DNA from: Octopus sinensis
Lineage: Eukaryota
Assembly (NCBI RefSeq): GCF_006345805.1
Contig: NC_043014.1
Location: forward strand, 50,158,001-50,222,000
Direction of reading: 5' to 3'
Length of the DNA: 64,000 nucleotides
The translations under genes and the position numbers were made by a program. Positions 23,001 to 37,122 of the stretch are shown here, one piece after another. The notes beneath the pieces were generated by a model, which was not told where the DNA came from, made no database searches, and worked only from the letters and a program-made list of their open reading frames with translations. Every line of letters begins with the position of its first letter. Position 1 is the stretch's first letter.

Positions 23001-26000
23001 ATATACACCATCTGCATTGCAGAACTATTTAACAACACACTAAGTTGTTAAATTCACTTCCATGATGTGTCAAAATTTGATTGATATATATATATAACAC
23101 TATTCTACATTTGGCTATAAAAGTAATGCAAAAAGAGCTCAATACACTTGAAAGAGCTTAATCTTAAAGCAGAACAGAGATCATCAGTTCTGAACAAATA
23201 TGTATGTGCACACGAAACTATTGGAGCTAGATACGTTCCCGTTACAGCACCCAAAAATATAATCTAACTACATAGATCAGTCAAAGCTCATCATTAAAAG
23301 AACCAAATAAGCTTCCGTCAACTACTGAAATATACTGATATTTCTAAAACCACATTAACCCTTTCGTTACTGTATTTATTTTGAGATGCTCTGTGTTTCT
23401 TTCAATTATTTTAGATGTAACAAAAAGTTTAGTAAAATAACTTCGTTATCATTAAAGCTAGTGTTAGGAACATAAATTGTGACTAAGGTTTGCTGGAAGA
23501 TTTTAATTCAAAACTTATGAAAACAAGACATTTGTACTACAGAGCCAGAGTCAGTTTTTCAGCCAGGGTGGTATCAAAAGGGTTAAGAATTGTTTCTCTA
23601 TTATATATTTTAACCCTTTCATTACTGTATTTATTTTGAGAAGCTCTGTGTTTCTCTCAATTACTTTAAATATAACAAAGAATTTAGTAAAATAACTTAG
23701 TTATCATTAAGCTAGTGATAGGAACATAAATTGTGACTAAGGTTTGGTGGAAGATTTTAATTCAAAATTTATGAAAACAAGACATTTGTACTAGAGATCC
23801 AGAGGCGGTTTCAGCCGGGTTGGTAACAAAAGGGTTAATCAACTACAACAATAATATGCATGATTTTTGCTATGGGTAAGTTTTGCTGTCTAATACTGGG
23901 AAGAAAATATATTCAAAACTGTTGAATAACTTGATAATTTAAAAAAGAATTTAAATTACACCTTTTGGTGTTAACTCAACTACATTGAAATTTTTTTTTT
24001 TTTATTATCCTGACTGTTTAAACCGGTCATATATGGCCCAAATACTCTACCTGTATTGTGTTCAAACTGGCCAGATCCAGCCTCTTACACCTACCCGACA
24101 ATGTTATTCTAAAAATTAACAGTCACATCATTGAAATCTCAAAGCTACAAGATAATGCATGATTAAATCAAAACAATGTGAACAAACAAGCATCACATTT
24201 GACAGAGCACCTCTGCATAGTTACTTGACCTGCTAAAAAATGCAAGCAAACCTCCTTCAAACTTACTCTCTACTATCTTCAGAAAGTAGAGAGACATTAG
24301 ACAATGTAGTCCTAGATAAGCAACATGCAAGTGAAAAGGTTGGTCATGGTCGGAACACCCTTGATCATAGGCCTACTCACTCAGGGCTAAACAACAACTA
24401 GTTCTCATCTATGTTTTTGTATTTGTGGCGTTAGGACGGGCATCCAGCCGTAGAAACATTGCCAGATCAAACTGGGCCTGGTGCAGCCTTCTGGCTTCCC
24501 AGACCCCAGTTGAACCGTCCAACCCATGCTAGCAAGGAAAGCGGACGCTAAACGATGATGATGATGATAATAAGTTTAGAAGATAGAGGTATGAATTACA
24601 TTTAGAGCTGAAGTGATAAGGAGCAAATATTTTCAACACGAGCTTAATATCTATCTATAGACATATACACACACTTTCAAATTCAATGCATACATATAAC
24701 AGTGCAACAAATATTAATGCATGCAGTGAATACAGTCAACTTTAGGACTGATTGTTCCTATATACACAAATATAACATTCAGCTGACAACAACGTTTAAA
24801 ATCAATATTCTTTATTGTCTTTATAGTTGATGTGTGTGTGTGTGTGTGTATAATACATACATACTTACACATATGTATACATACAAACATGCATGCAGAC
24901 AGACACACAAAAATTGGATGAAGACATGGAATTTAAATCTTTAGTTTTTTTAATATTAATTCTGACTGATGTAGTGTCTACACAAAACAAGAGAGAGAGA
25001 AAGAGATAGATAGAATGTGTGTTAAACTATTAGTTTATTTAGATCTATCTTTATCATATACACAGGGTGCGGTGAACAAACTGTCATCAAAATTACGCAA
25101 AGATGAAAATAACACCGACATCTCATTTTTTACTAAAATTACATAAAAATATCTTGAAATATTCAATAAAATTGCCATTGGCTTCGACCACAGCATCCAG
25201 ACAACTTCAGCATCTCCTGCAACTCTTCCGGACAGTCTCCTTGTTTAAGTTGGTGAATGCTGCCGTAATCCTTGCCTTCAATTCAAAGGAGTTTTGTTGG
25301 TCTCTTACTCAACTGCACCCCACACATAATAATCAAGGGGGATTGCAGTCTGGGGAGTTAGGTGGCCAGATGTTAGGGGTGAGGTGGTCGCAGAAATTGT
25401 CTGACACCATGACTGGGTCCTCCTGCTTGTATGGCATGGTGAAGAGTCCTATTGCCAGACATAGGGTCTTCCAGCAGCCACCCTCTTGACCCAAGGTAGC
25501 ACTACCTCCTCCAGGCACTTGATGTAGACCTCCGTGTTGAGTCTGAGGCTATGTGGGAAGATGAATGGAGGCATAACATCGCCATCACTAGTGATCTCTC
25601 CAAACATCATGATGTTGACTGGATGTTTGATTTTTATCGCTCTCGGTACATGTCCTCAGATTGACACCCAAACACTGAAATGTTCGTATTGGAGCTTCCA
25701 GCGTGAATGCCAAGCAGTGCAGCATGTTGTTTCCAAATTTCTGGCAATGCGAACTGCGCTGTGGTGCCGTTTTTCTCACAGACGATGCCCAACTGACCCT
25801 ACTATACTGTGTAGTCAACAAAATCATAAACAATGCGCCTGCACGAAATTAAGAGTATAAAATGGCAACAATTTACCCATCGCACCCTGTATATACATGT
25901 ACATAAAAATGAAAGCTATCTGGCAGACTTTTACAAAAAAAGAAGAGAAAATTCTTTCTTTAATAAAAGAAATTGTAACTTTTTATCCAACTGATAAGAG

Positions 26001-27469
26001 AAACAGTTTGCAAATAACTACTAACATAACCAGAGACAATGTTATCAAGTTTTCTTGTCAATAAAGATTGACTAATGCATTTTCGTTGTCTTAATCCTAC
26101 AGAAGGATTTACTCCACATAAGCTCTTAAAAAAGGGATGGGGACTTAAACAACAAGAAATCAATAATTTCTTTTTTCCAAAGTAGATATTGGCCTAATGT
26201 AAAAACAGCTTTTTCTTACCCTACCCTCAATGAAGGGTAGGAACCAAAAACACTTTCCACCCATCATTGCCATTCTATAAACTCACCAGGTCACCATATT
26301 ATACAATTATTCTGGAAGTAATTGGGACAATATTCCAGAAGTTGTTTTAGGTCTTTAAAAAAGGAAATTGACATAATGTATCCAGGTCCTTGAAGAGAAG
26401 GAATAAAATCTTAATTTAAGTATATTCTAAAACTTTCAATTTAAAATGAAGGATAAATTCACCAAAAATATAAATGTATTTATTACTTGCAAATTTGTCA
26501 TGGAAAACTGAAGTGAAAAGATGGAGGAAAGCTAGAAAAATTCTTCATATGATATATTCAGAGAAAAAGAAGCTTATGAAGTGGATTAATGAGTTAAGAA
26601 GCAGAATTAATTAGGAACATGCTGCCTCGTTTTGAAAGTGAAATATTTATAACAATGACCAAACCAAAAGAGGTTTGAAACATTTCTCTCTCAAAATTTA
26701 AATGAAAATAAAAGAAAAGACTGAAGATGAGCAAATATAGATGAATGAATAAATGAATGAATAAATGAATGAATGAATGAATGGATGGATGACCGACAAG
26801 ACTCGCCATCTGCAATGTTTGGCAGTCGTTAAGGGACAAAGGAACAGTTCCCATTACAGTTATTGCAAACTAACCTTTGGTTGTAGCCTTGTAAATATTA
26901 GTTTTCGGGTTTGATGCTGTGCCAGCAGGTGATGGATCTGAAATGATTGATGAGCCAGGGGCATCTTTATTTCATTTATGATTGGAGAGATCAGAGTGAA
27001 GATGACACATATACTAGTCGACAGTGTACAAAGTAGAGTTGAAATATTGCAGAACCAAAGTGAATTGTTGTCAGTGGACAGTAATGAAATGACGATGAAT
27101 GAACACTTTACATAATGAATAGTTGTTATTGTAAGCAATGGACAGCAGGATAATTAATTAGCAGAAATAATTAGCTATAAAATATTTTATTTAAACCCTA
27201 AACAAACAAATATGAAATTTGGCTTAAAAGTTTAAAATCTGATAATGGTTTATAATTAGGTTATCTAAGTGAAGATTTTTTTTTTTTCTATAATCTTTCC
27301 AGGTATAGTTATGACCATTATTAAAAAACAAATATTTTACCATCACATTTTAATATGATTATTGAACAGAGAATGGAAACACAGAACAACACTAATGTCA
27401 TCATGGAATAACTAATACCAAAACAAGATTATAAAACAAACTGCTTCAATTAACCACACTTCTCACTAT

Positions 27470-27502
<33 letters not shown>

Positions 27503-29726
27503 CACAAAGATATTGAGACAAAAGTGAAATATGAAAGAAAAGTCATTGGAGAAGAAATGCCAACATAAAAATATGTAAAAAAAAACAAAACATTTGAATA
27601 AATGAATAGTCACTGGATGCTGTCACAAGATGATACATTCAAGATGTTTATGTATTTGTTTCTAAGAAGCTTCACCAAAACACCATCATTGTTGGTTAAC
27701 ACAGCATTAGAACTGATGAAACAGTTGAAAAACTGTCAACAAAACAGTAAAGAATCTACTGTTCAAAGAGGTTAGGAATTTTGATTTCCGTGGTACTATG
27801 TAGAAGACTATGAAAACGTTATATACTAGACTATGTACAAGACAAAGAAAGATTGTTATATAAACTGGGATCTCATGCAAGAGACTTAAAAATTCTTAGT
27901 TTGACAAAATGATATATATAGTATGAATGAACAAGGGATGATCCATGCAATGTGATATAATGGAGGTGTAAGTTCAAAATTATGATGAACATTGTAAAGA
28001 AGCCGGTCTATCTCACCATGTTGAGAAGCGTGTATTACAAACTTCTGATTTTACAAGTGCGTAATGAATTTAAATAAGCAGCAAATAACCAAATGCATAC
28101 ATAGGAAATCAGACAAGAAGCTGAAATGGTTAGAGTTCATGTAATGCCACTGAACTGTTTCATATAGTGCAGGTATATTGAAATGATTTAGTGATTGCAA
28201 TCACATCTACACTTCTCTACCATCATGTGGCATCTGTAACAAGTGGGGTCTGTACATGTATTTTAAAGAGCCTCAACTTCAATGTCAAGTCACACTAAGT
28301 TTACTGTGAAGTTTATGTTAAGAGGACAAATGTTTGTGGAAGACACACACTAGTAATATTAACCAAATAACCAAAAAGAAGATCACTTTTACATTTATTG
28401 TATATCAAAAATAAAATGCTTCACTAAGTGCTACATGTTCTGCTGATGCCGTTCAGTACCATCTATCTGACGAAAAGGTACAACTGTTTAAATAAGGGAT
28501 AATAGTTCAACCTGTTAGAAACAACAGCAAAATCTCCCTTAAATCACATCCCCAATGTTGTTGCAATAGAAAAACAAAAATCCATTAAAATGTTTCTGAA
28601 AACAGTCCTCTGGACATTACATAATCCAAGACACTAATATCTGAAATAACTCTGATCATAGGTTGATTTACTCTAGCAGTTATCTGGAGCAAAATATGAT
28701 TAAATTGTTAGGCCAGTTGCTATGATTTTGCACATTCAGGCATGCAAATTGCAAGAAAGTTCAGTTTTACTTTAAGCAGTCAAGTGGAGTCTATTGCAAG
28801 TGATGGGAAAGAATTACTCAAGAGGATTCCTTAAAAAAGTAAAAAATTTTTTTAAAAAAAGTCCTTTCTTGGAGCCAGTAGTAGAGGAGACAATAACAAG
28901 AATTATATATCTAGAAAAAAAGGTTAAGTATAGAAACATTTAGCAATACATAAACACACAGAGAAAGAAAGGAGGAAAGATTTAAAAAAAAAAAAAAGAT
29001 TAAACTAATAAATACATAAAATACACGTTTCTATTGCTGTAAAATGAAAAATATTTTTTTAAAAATTCAGTGATTCCAATTTAGCTGTTAAATAAAACTG
29101 AAAAATGTTAAAAACTTTTTATGCATTTAGCTTAAAATCTCCCCCAGTAAATATTGAGCACCACCAGTTCTAGGTATTTCTGGTGCTTCATATTAGTAAC
29201 AACAGCCAAATTATGTAGAGTGCTTAAAGCAAATTTAGATGAACAAGGTGGTTGGAGAGGTAGATTATCTGGGGTTTTTCTAAGGTGCACAATGAGCTTA
29301 CCATATTCATCTACATATTCGTCTGGGTATTCTGCAGAGTAAAAATATACAAACAAGTGTATTTCTAAAATAAATTGTAGACTTCAGTCAATCAATTGGG
29401 TTGTTTAGAAATAGTGGGAATAAAATGAAAACTATATTTAATGAAAAAAACTTTGGAATTAAGTATGCCACCTTAAATTTAAATTTAAATATAATTATTG
29501 GAGTGTCAATAAGAATGGGTTCATTTAAAGAGAAAAAAAATAATGAAACAAATAAGACAACATTTAGTAGAACACATAACACAAGCAATAATGACATGGT
29601 TTGAAGTAAGAGTAAGCAGCAGTGAAAAAATTTCTAATTAATATTCATCGTTAAAAAAAAAAAGGACAATTCCACACAGTATGCAAAACAAGATTCACTT
29701 AAGCAAAATAGATTTTTTTCTTTTTT

Positions 29727-29785
<59 letters not shown>

Positions 29786-31805
29786 GCAATTGAGAGATAT
29801 TTACTTCTGGACCAATCAGAAGAACAAAAATGTGATTAAAAAACTATCTATTTTTTAATTAGAAATTTGAATATATAAAAAAAAAAAAATGTGTGACGAT
29901 TCAGGTTAAATCTGATTATATAAGAAATTGCGCAAATTAAAAATTATTCTAAAGTTTACTCTATAAAAAGAACAAAGCTGTTATTTAAAATTCAGTAAAG
30001 AAATTATCTAAATAAACAGCAAGTCATTAAGTCTAATAATCTTATTAGGCTTAACACAAAGCTCAACGGGCCATGATCTTGCCCAGATAGATGCATTTAA
30101 TTTATGGCCGTTTGTTGGGGTCTAATGTCACTCAAACACTCCAATACCCCCCACATCCACCCCACTAGAATGCAAGAGGACTAATAGCTCAACTAATGAC
30201 TTTTCAGATGATGTAAAATTTGCCACCATTGTATACTAAGAAGATATTCTAACTATTTTGTGCATGGTAGTCACATTTTCATGAAATGTGCTCGGCAGTT
30301 CTTGCTATGTAAGTGCAAATCCCAGCGTTTTATGGGTTAATTAAAAACCAATTCTAATATGCTTTTTGTTAATTATTTAGGTAATACTGAAAATATGCAA
30401 GAGTTCTACTTTAGTTCCATAATTTTTGTGTCCCTGAAGCCATTCCTACAGAAAGGATAAATATTTATAGAATAAGGTAAATTTTTTAATAAAAATGAGC
30501 TGAGTGGCTGTGTGGTAAGTAGCTTGCTAACCAACCACATGGTTCCGGGTTCAGTCCCACGGCGTGGCATCTTGGGCAAGTGTCTTCTGCTATAGCCCCG
30601 GGCCGACCAATGCCTTGTGAGTGGATTTGGTAGACGGAAACTGAAAGAAGCCTGTCGTATATATGTATGTGTGTGTGTTTGTGTGTCTGTCCTCCTAGCA
30701 TTGCTTGACAACCGGTGCTGGTGTGTTTGCGTCCCCGTCACTTAGTGGTTCGGCAAAAGAGACCGATAGAATAAGTACTGGGCTTACAAAGAATAAGTCC
30801 CGGGGTCGATTTGCTCGACTGAAGGCGGTGCTCCAGCATGGCCGCAGTCAAATGACTGAAAAGAGATAGATATAAAGATACCTAGTTGAGATATTAATAA
30901 ACAGAACCTCGAAATGCAATTCAAGGAGTAGTGCTCTCATCAGTTTTCCACTATCTACAATGGACTTATTGATATATTTTGAAGCTTTAATCTGCAAAGC
31001 TGATTCACTTAAAACAAATCATTCTCTTTGCTTTCCAACAGGTTTGAAAACTGCTCATAGACACTGTGACAGGACAAACAAGATCACAATATACTAGAAA
31101 AAGCTATTTTGATATCTATCAGTTTATCTACAAAAACAATTGGGAACCGAAGACAGTGACTAGAGTTTAAATTCTTCTAAATAAGAATCGTGCCCAAACA
31201 TCAAGGACTGACTCTGAAAAAATGGTTAGGCATTGACTGACAATCACAGTGTCTTCAATGGACCTCATACCCTACATTCCACCATTGGCTAAGCAATAGA
31301 GAGTTCATGTGATTTCAGGATATGTCAACTCTATATTCCATCACTGACATACCAACCAACCTAGACAAGGCTGACATTTGACTAACAGCAAAGCAAGATA
31401 GAATACCATCAACGGAGCACCAAATTAGCTTAAAATTTTAGAAGGAGGAGATTATGTTTATAGTTAAACAATTCGAATACATAATCATGCCTGCCAGCTA
31501 GCAGCAGCAACAACCACCTTTAATATTACTGTATTAGATGTAAAGTTCCTTTAAAACTGTTATTAAATATCAACTGATCGACCATTTAAATGATAGACGA
31601 TAATTCTTTCCATGATAGACCCGATTGTCTTTCTTTTTTCTTTGAGTGTGAGGTTTATTACTTCAACTCCAGTCCTCGAATGGTTTTATTTTATCAATAC
31701 TACCAGAAAGATGAAAGGCAAAGTTGATCTGAGCGAGATGTGAACTCAAAATCTAAAGAGCCAGAAGAAATACCGCTATGCATTCTGTCATTTCAGTCCA
31801 CTTCC

Positions 31806-31839
<34 letters not shown>

Positions 31840-32906
31840 TGATGATGATAATGTATAAATAAATAAAATGCCCAAAAGACCTTTGAGAGAAGAGAAATAG
31901 ATTAAAAGTACAACATTTGATAAAAAAAATTAAGGAGAATATATAAACCAACAATAAATCTTTATATTTTTTTTCAGGTACCAGAAGGAAATGCCTGCAG
32001 GAATAAGTGCTCATTAAATTTAGCAAGAGAGGTAAAGAATGGCTTGAAGAAGAATTTATAATTCCCTCAATTGTGTTATAGTTCTTACCAGATTCTTCAA
32101 TACTATCAGGTGAATCTATATGAATATGAAAAAAAAGTGGGAACAATTTCATTTTTAAATTTGATAAACAGCTAAAAATATATTTCTTAGTTACTGTGTT
32201 GTAGTACTAATTTTTCTGTTTTTTTCTTTTTTTTTCTTAATTCTTTTTACACTAAAAATAGGAAGTATCAAATGCCTAAAATACATGCTACATATATCAT
32301 ACATATACATGCAAAAACAATTTTTCAACGCTGAAATTATTAAATCTATTTTTAATGAAAATCTTATTTGTGTACTTCAAATCCAAAACATTAACATCAC
32401 ACAGCTCAAAAATCAAATCCAATTGTAAAACTAAACAGAACATTTTACAAATACAGTAATTTAAATAACATAACATAACATTAAATAACAGAAAATAATA
32501 CTTGGGTGATGATGAAATAAAAACTGTGTTGGAATCTAATGTCAAATATTCAGTTTTATAAGTTCATGCAACAAACAGGAGATAACTATTTTATATATAA
32601 CCTTTTTAACAACATTTCCAGCAAAAGACAATGGGAGGGAAACTAACACATTTAACCAATATTATGAGGAAATAAAAAGGTAAAACTTACGTTTTTTTGT
32701 CACAATAATCACAGGTCGTGGAGCTGAACCTCCAACTTTATTAACAGCTACAACTTGTACCTCGTAGTGTGTATCAGCTTTTAAGTTTGTAAGTAATGCA
32801 GAGGTCTTTCCTTCAACAGTCCTTGTCATATAGTCTCCATTTTCCTTACTGTTGTCAACTGCCCAGGGCTCTTTTTCTGTTATATGAACCTGTGTATGTC
32901 AAAGGT

Positions 32907-32937
<31 letters not shown>

Positions 32938-35900
32938 GCAAGGTTCAGATATCGCCACTTGCCAAGGGAACAAAAAAAAAAAAAGTACAAAGAAAATTGT
33001 AAGAAGGGTTCATGGAAATTTTCAAAACACATCCATAGGCGCAGGAGTGGCTGTGTGGTAAGTAGCTTGCTTACAAACCACATGGTTCCGGGTTCAGTTC
33101 CACTGCGTGGCACCTTGGGTATGTGTCTTCTACTACAGCCTCGGGCCAACCAAAGCCTTGTGAGTGGATTTTGGTAGACGGAAACTGAAAGAAGCCCGTC
33201 GTATATATGTACATATATATATGTGTGCGTGTTTGTGTGTCTGTATTTGTCCCCCAGCATTGCTTGACAACCAATGCTAGTGTGTTTATGTCCCCGTCAC
33301 TTAGCGGTTCGGCAAAAGAGACCGATAGAATAAGTATTGGGCTTACAAGGAATAAGTCCCGGGGTCGAGTTGCTCGATTAAAGGCGGTGCTCCAGCATGG
33401 CCGCAGTCAAATGACTGAAACAAGTAAAAGAGTAAGAGTAAATCAAAAGATACTGTCGAACTACCTGCATCAAGAACTACAAAACAAAAAAGTAAAAATG
33501 CTACAACATTACACCCTTTTGATATCCACCCTTCCTGAGGCCACCCCAGTTTCTCCAATATAAACATCCTACTTTAAAAGTGATCTAAATTAAAGCCATC
33601 CCTCAAAATTTTACATAAATTTATGTTCCAAAAGCTTGCTAATAATAACAAAGTTATTCCAACATATTCTTCATTATTCTCAAAATTAATTGAGACAAAG
33701 AGCTTGGTCAGCCAAGGCCTACAGTAGAATAACTTCTAGATACCGCACAGTAGGAATGAACCTGATAACACATGGTTAAGAAGTAAGCTTCTTAAACACT
33801 CTACCACGCCTATGTGTGTACATATACACACATGTATACACACATACATACATACACATATCCAATGCAAACTTATACGTATATACAAAACACAGATCCA
33901 CATATACATCGTAGTTTACTCACTTGCAAGTTGATCTAGAAATTAAACACCAAGAAAGTAACAAAACCAAACACGGAGAATGTTAACTTGAAAAACTTCA
34001 AGAGAATTCTTTACCATTCTGTATTGAATTGAATAGGACACTATATCTGCTCCACCAGTGCGGGGTTCGTCCCAAGTCACCCGGTAACTTTGCGGACTGG
34101 TTCCATATCTATTTGAGGTAATGATTACATCAAATGGTGCTCCTGAAATTTAATAGCAAAGTTAACAATGAACAGTATTTTCCCAAATGAACAAGGCAGA
34201 GAGGTGTGTGTGTGTGTGTGGTTGTGTGTGTGTGTGTGTGTGTGTGTGTGAGTGAGTGAGAGAGAGAGAAAGAGAGAGAGAGGAAAGAGAGAGGGTGGGG
34301 GTGGGGAATAAAATCATCTTTCTAATCCATTTTTAGGATCTTTTCGGTTTGAACGGCAGTTTTTTAAATAATTTCCACGTAACTAAACACTTTTAAACTT
34401 TGTATACAGGTAGAATGTGTTTAAAAAAAACATCTTTTTCTCTTGGCTTTATTGAGAAAATTCTATAGTTAGTAAGGTATTTGTTATTTTTCTTCAATTT
34501 CTGCAATTTCAACCAATCAATGACATCTATTGAGGTGAAAACATTTTGTGCCGTATGAATATGTCCCTTGTTTAAGAAACAGATTGGGTTTATTTACATT
34601 TCTGAAGAAAAAAAAGATACCCTTACCCCCACCCCTAACCAACTCTAACTAACCCTAAAACAGATTGAAATGCAACAGATCGATACTAGGGTCATAATTA
34701 TGGGTGACAATTTCATATGACACCGCTAGAAAAATCTGCCGTTCAAACAGAAAAGATCCCATTTTTACCCACACCACTCAATTTCAATTAGATTCAAGCG
34801 CATACTTCATGCAAGAAGCTCTCCACCTGATTCTCATGCTGGCACCGGCTGAACATGTTTTCTGTGACACTGGTTTATGGACTGATACTTTCCCTGCCGC
34901 CGACTCTTTTAGTCACCACTTTTGAACACAAAAAGACCCAGTGCACCAATTCTAAAATTGGGATTCACATATCCACACACACTTTCTAAATCAGGAGGAA
35001 GTGACTGTGTCCAATGGCCTTTGCAAAACTTTCCAGGCTACAGGTGAGGTTGATGCAATTGAAGCTTAAACAATTTCAGGCAATACACAGGTGGGAAGGT
35101 TGGGGATGACATGGTTGAAAGGAGAAGAGATGCATTAGGTGTGGGAGTATAAGAGCCAGCTACCTCTGAGGAACAGAATTCATTGTAGTGGCAGCAGCAA
35201 AGGTAGAATGAGAAAACAGCCAAGTCTGTAGGTCAGGTCAGGGTGTATTAGGTATGGTAATATAATGTTAATAAAGAAATCAATGGAAATTGTAGTTGTG
35301 ATCCCTGTGTCGGTGGCACGTAAAAAGCACCATCCGAACGTGGCCGATGCCAGCGCTGCCTTCCGTACCAGTGGCACGTAAAAAGCACCATCTGAACGTG
35401 GCCAATGCCAGCGCCGCCTTGACTGGCTTCTGTGCCGGTGGCACGTAAAAAACACCAATCCTATCATGGGCGTTGGCACATGAAAAGCACCCACTACACT
35501 CACAGAGTGGTTGGCGTTAGGAAGGGCATCCAGCTGTAGAAACACTGCCAGATTAGACTGGAGCCTGGTGCAGTTTCCTGGTTTCCCAGACCCCAGTCGA
35601 ACTGTCCAACCCATGCTAGCATGGAGAACAAATGTTACACGATGATGATGAAAAACTTGCAGAGAAGGGCTTAGTACAAGGCAATTAGACCCCATGTAAA
35701 TGTAGTAAAACTGAAATGATGTAAGAAAACTGATTGTTATGGGAGAAAATATAGAAGGGAAGAAAAGAAAAATTTACAGCAAATGCAAGCAGAGAAAACT
35801 ATGATTAAAATCTACTTACTAATATTAGGTGTCTCAGAAGATAAATCAACTGATGTTGTACTGAGTCCAACTCTGTTTCCAGCAAACACTTTTAGCTGAT

Positions 35901-37083
35901 ATTTGGTGTTTGGAGTCAAGTATTCAAGTATAACAGTCTGGGGTTTACTTGGTTCTACAAAGAAAAGGTTGAAACGTGAAAATTGTTAGACAAAAGCCAA
36001 AATACATTTAAACTTGCTGGTACTTCTGCTAGCACCATTACATTACCTATTTCTTTATTACCCACAAGGGGCTAAACATAGAGGGGACAAACAAGGACAT
36101 ACATAGGTATTAAGTCGATTACATCGACCCCAGTGCGTAACTGGTACTTAATTTATCGACCCCGAAAGGATGAAAGGCAAAGTCGACCTTGGCGGAATTT
36201 GAACTCACAACGTAACGCAGACGAAATACCGCTAAGCATTTCGCCCGGCGTGCTAACGTTTCTGCCAGCTCACCGCCTTACACCATTACATTACCGAAGA
36301 CTACATCATATTCCTGCGAATAAAATGTTGATTTCCCAACCTGCCAAACAGCCATGCACACCAAATTGTTGTTATAAATGCAGTTAGGCCTAAATTTGAT
36401 CAGGCACTGATATTGAATGATTTATCTTCAAATAGTGTCAGTCGATTGACAATCAGAAGCCAACAAATGAAGTCTCAATGCTGTTGCTCAACCTGATGGA
36501 AACAGCTGTTAAATCTCAATTCAAAATTATGGGATCTTTTCGCTTTGACCGGCAGATTTTTAAAATAATTTTCTACCAAAAATACCAATATGGTCCAGAA
36601 AGGAAATGTAGTGTCAAGGGAAACGGCAGTGGGATAGATGTGCTGCTGGTGGTGGTGGTGATAGTAGCAGAAGCAAAATGGGGATGAGGAAGATGAAGGT
36701 GAGGTGCCCATATGTAATATGGGCATACACAGTGTTTCCAGAACTGTTTTGCTATGATGGGAAAGTCTTTTCAAGGACCATGCATCACCAGACAGCCTGG
36801 TCCCCTGTGACACTCAGAGTCCTGTGGTCAGCCTCTACCACCATGTCCCATGTCTTCCTGGATGTCCTTCAACCACAAGCTCCAGCCATGTTTAGTGATT
36901 GGCACTTCTTTACAGAGCAATCCTCATCCATACACACCACATGTCCCTACCAGTGCAGTCTTTTTTTTGTACAGTACATCTGATTCCACTTAGGCTCAGT
37001 TTTTCTCCCAGCACATATTGTCATTTATGTATACTTTTATTTGCACATACAACAGAGCATGCTCATTCATTTCTTTCCAGTCT

Positions 37084-37122
<39 letters not shown>

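Noticed and set aside
34630-34660. Telomere-like taaccc repeats
   Set aside because: Only 2-3 degenerate units, internal to a MITE
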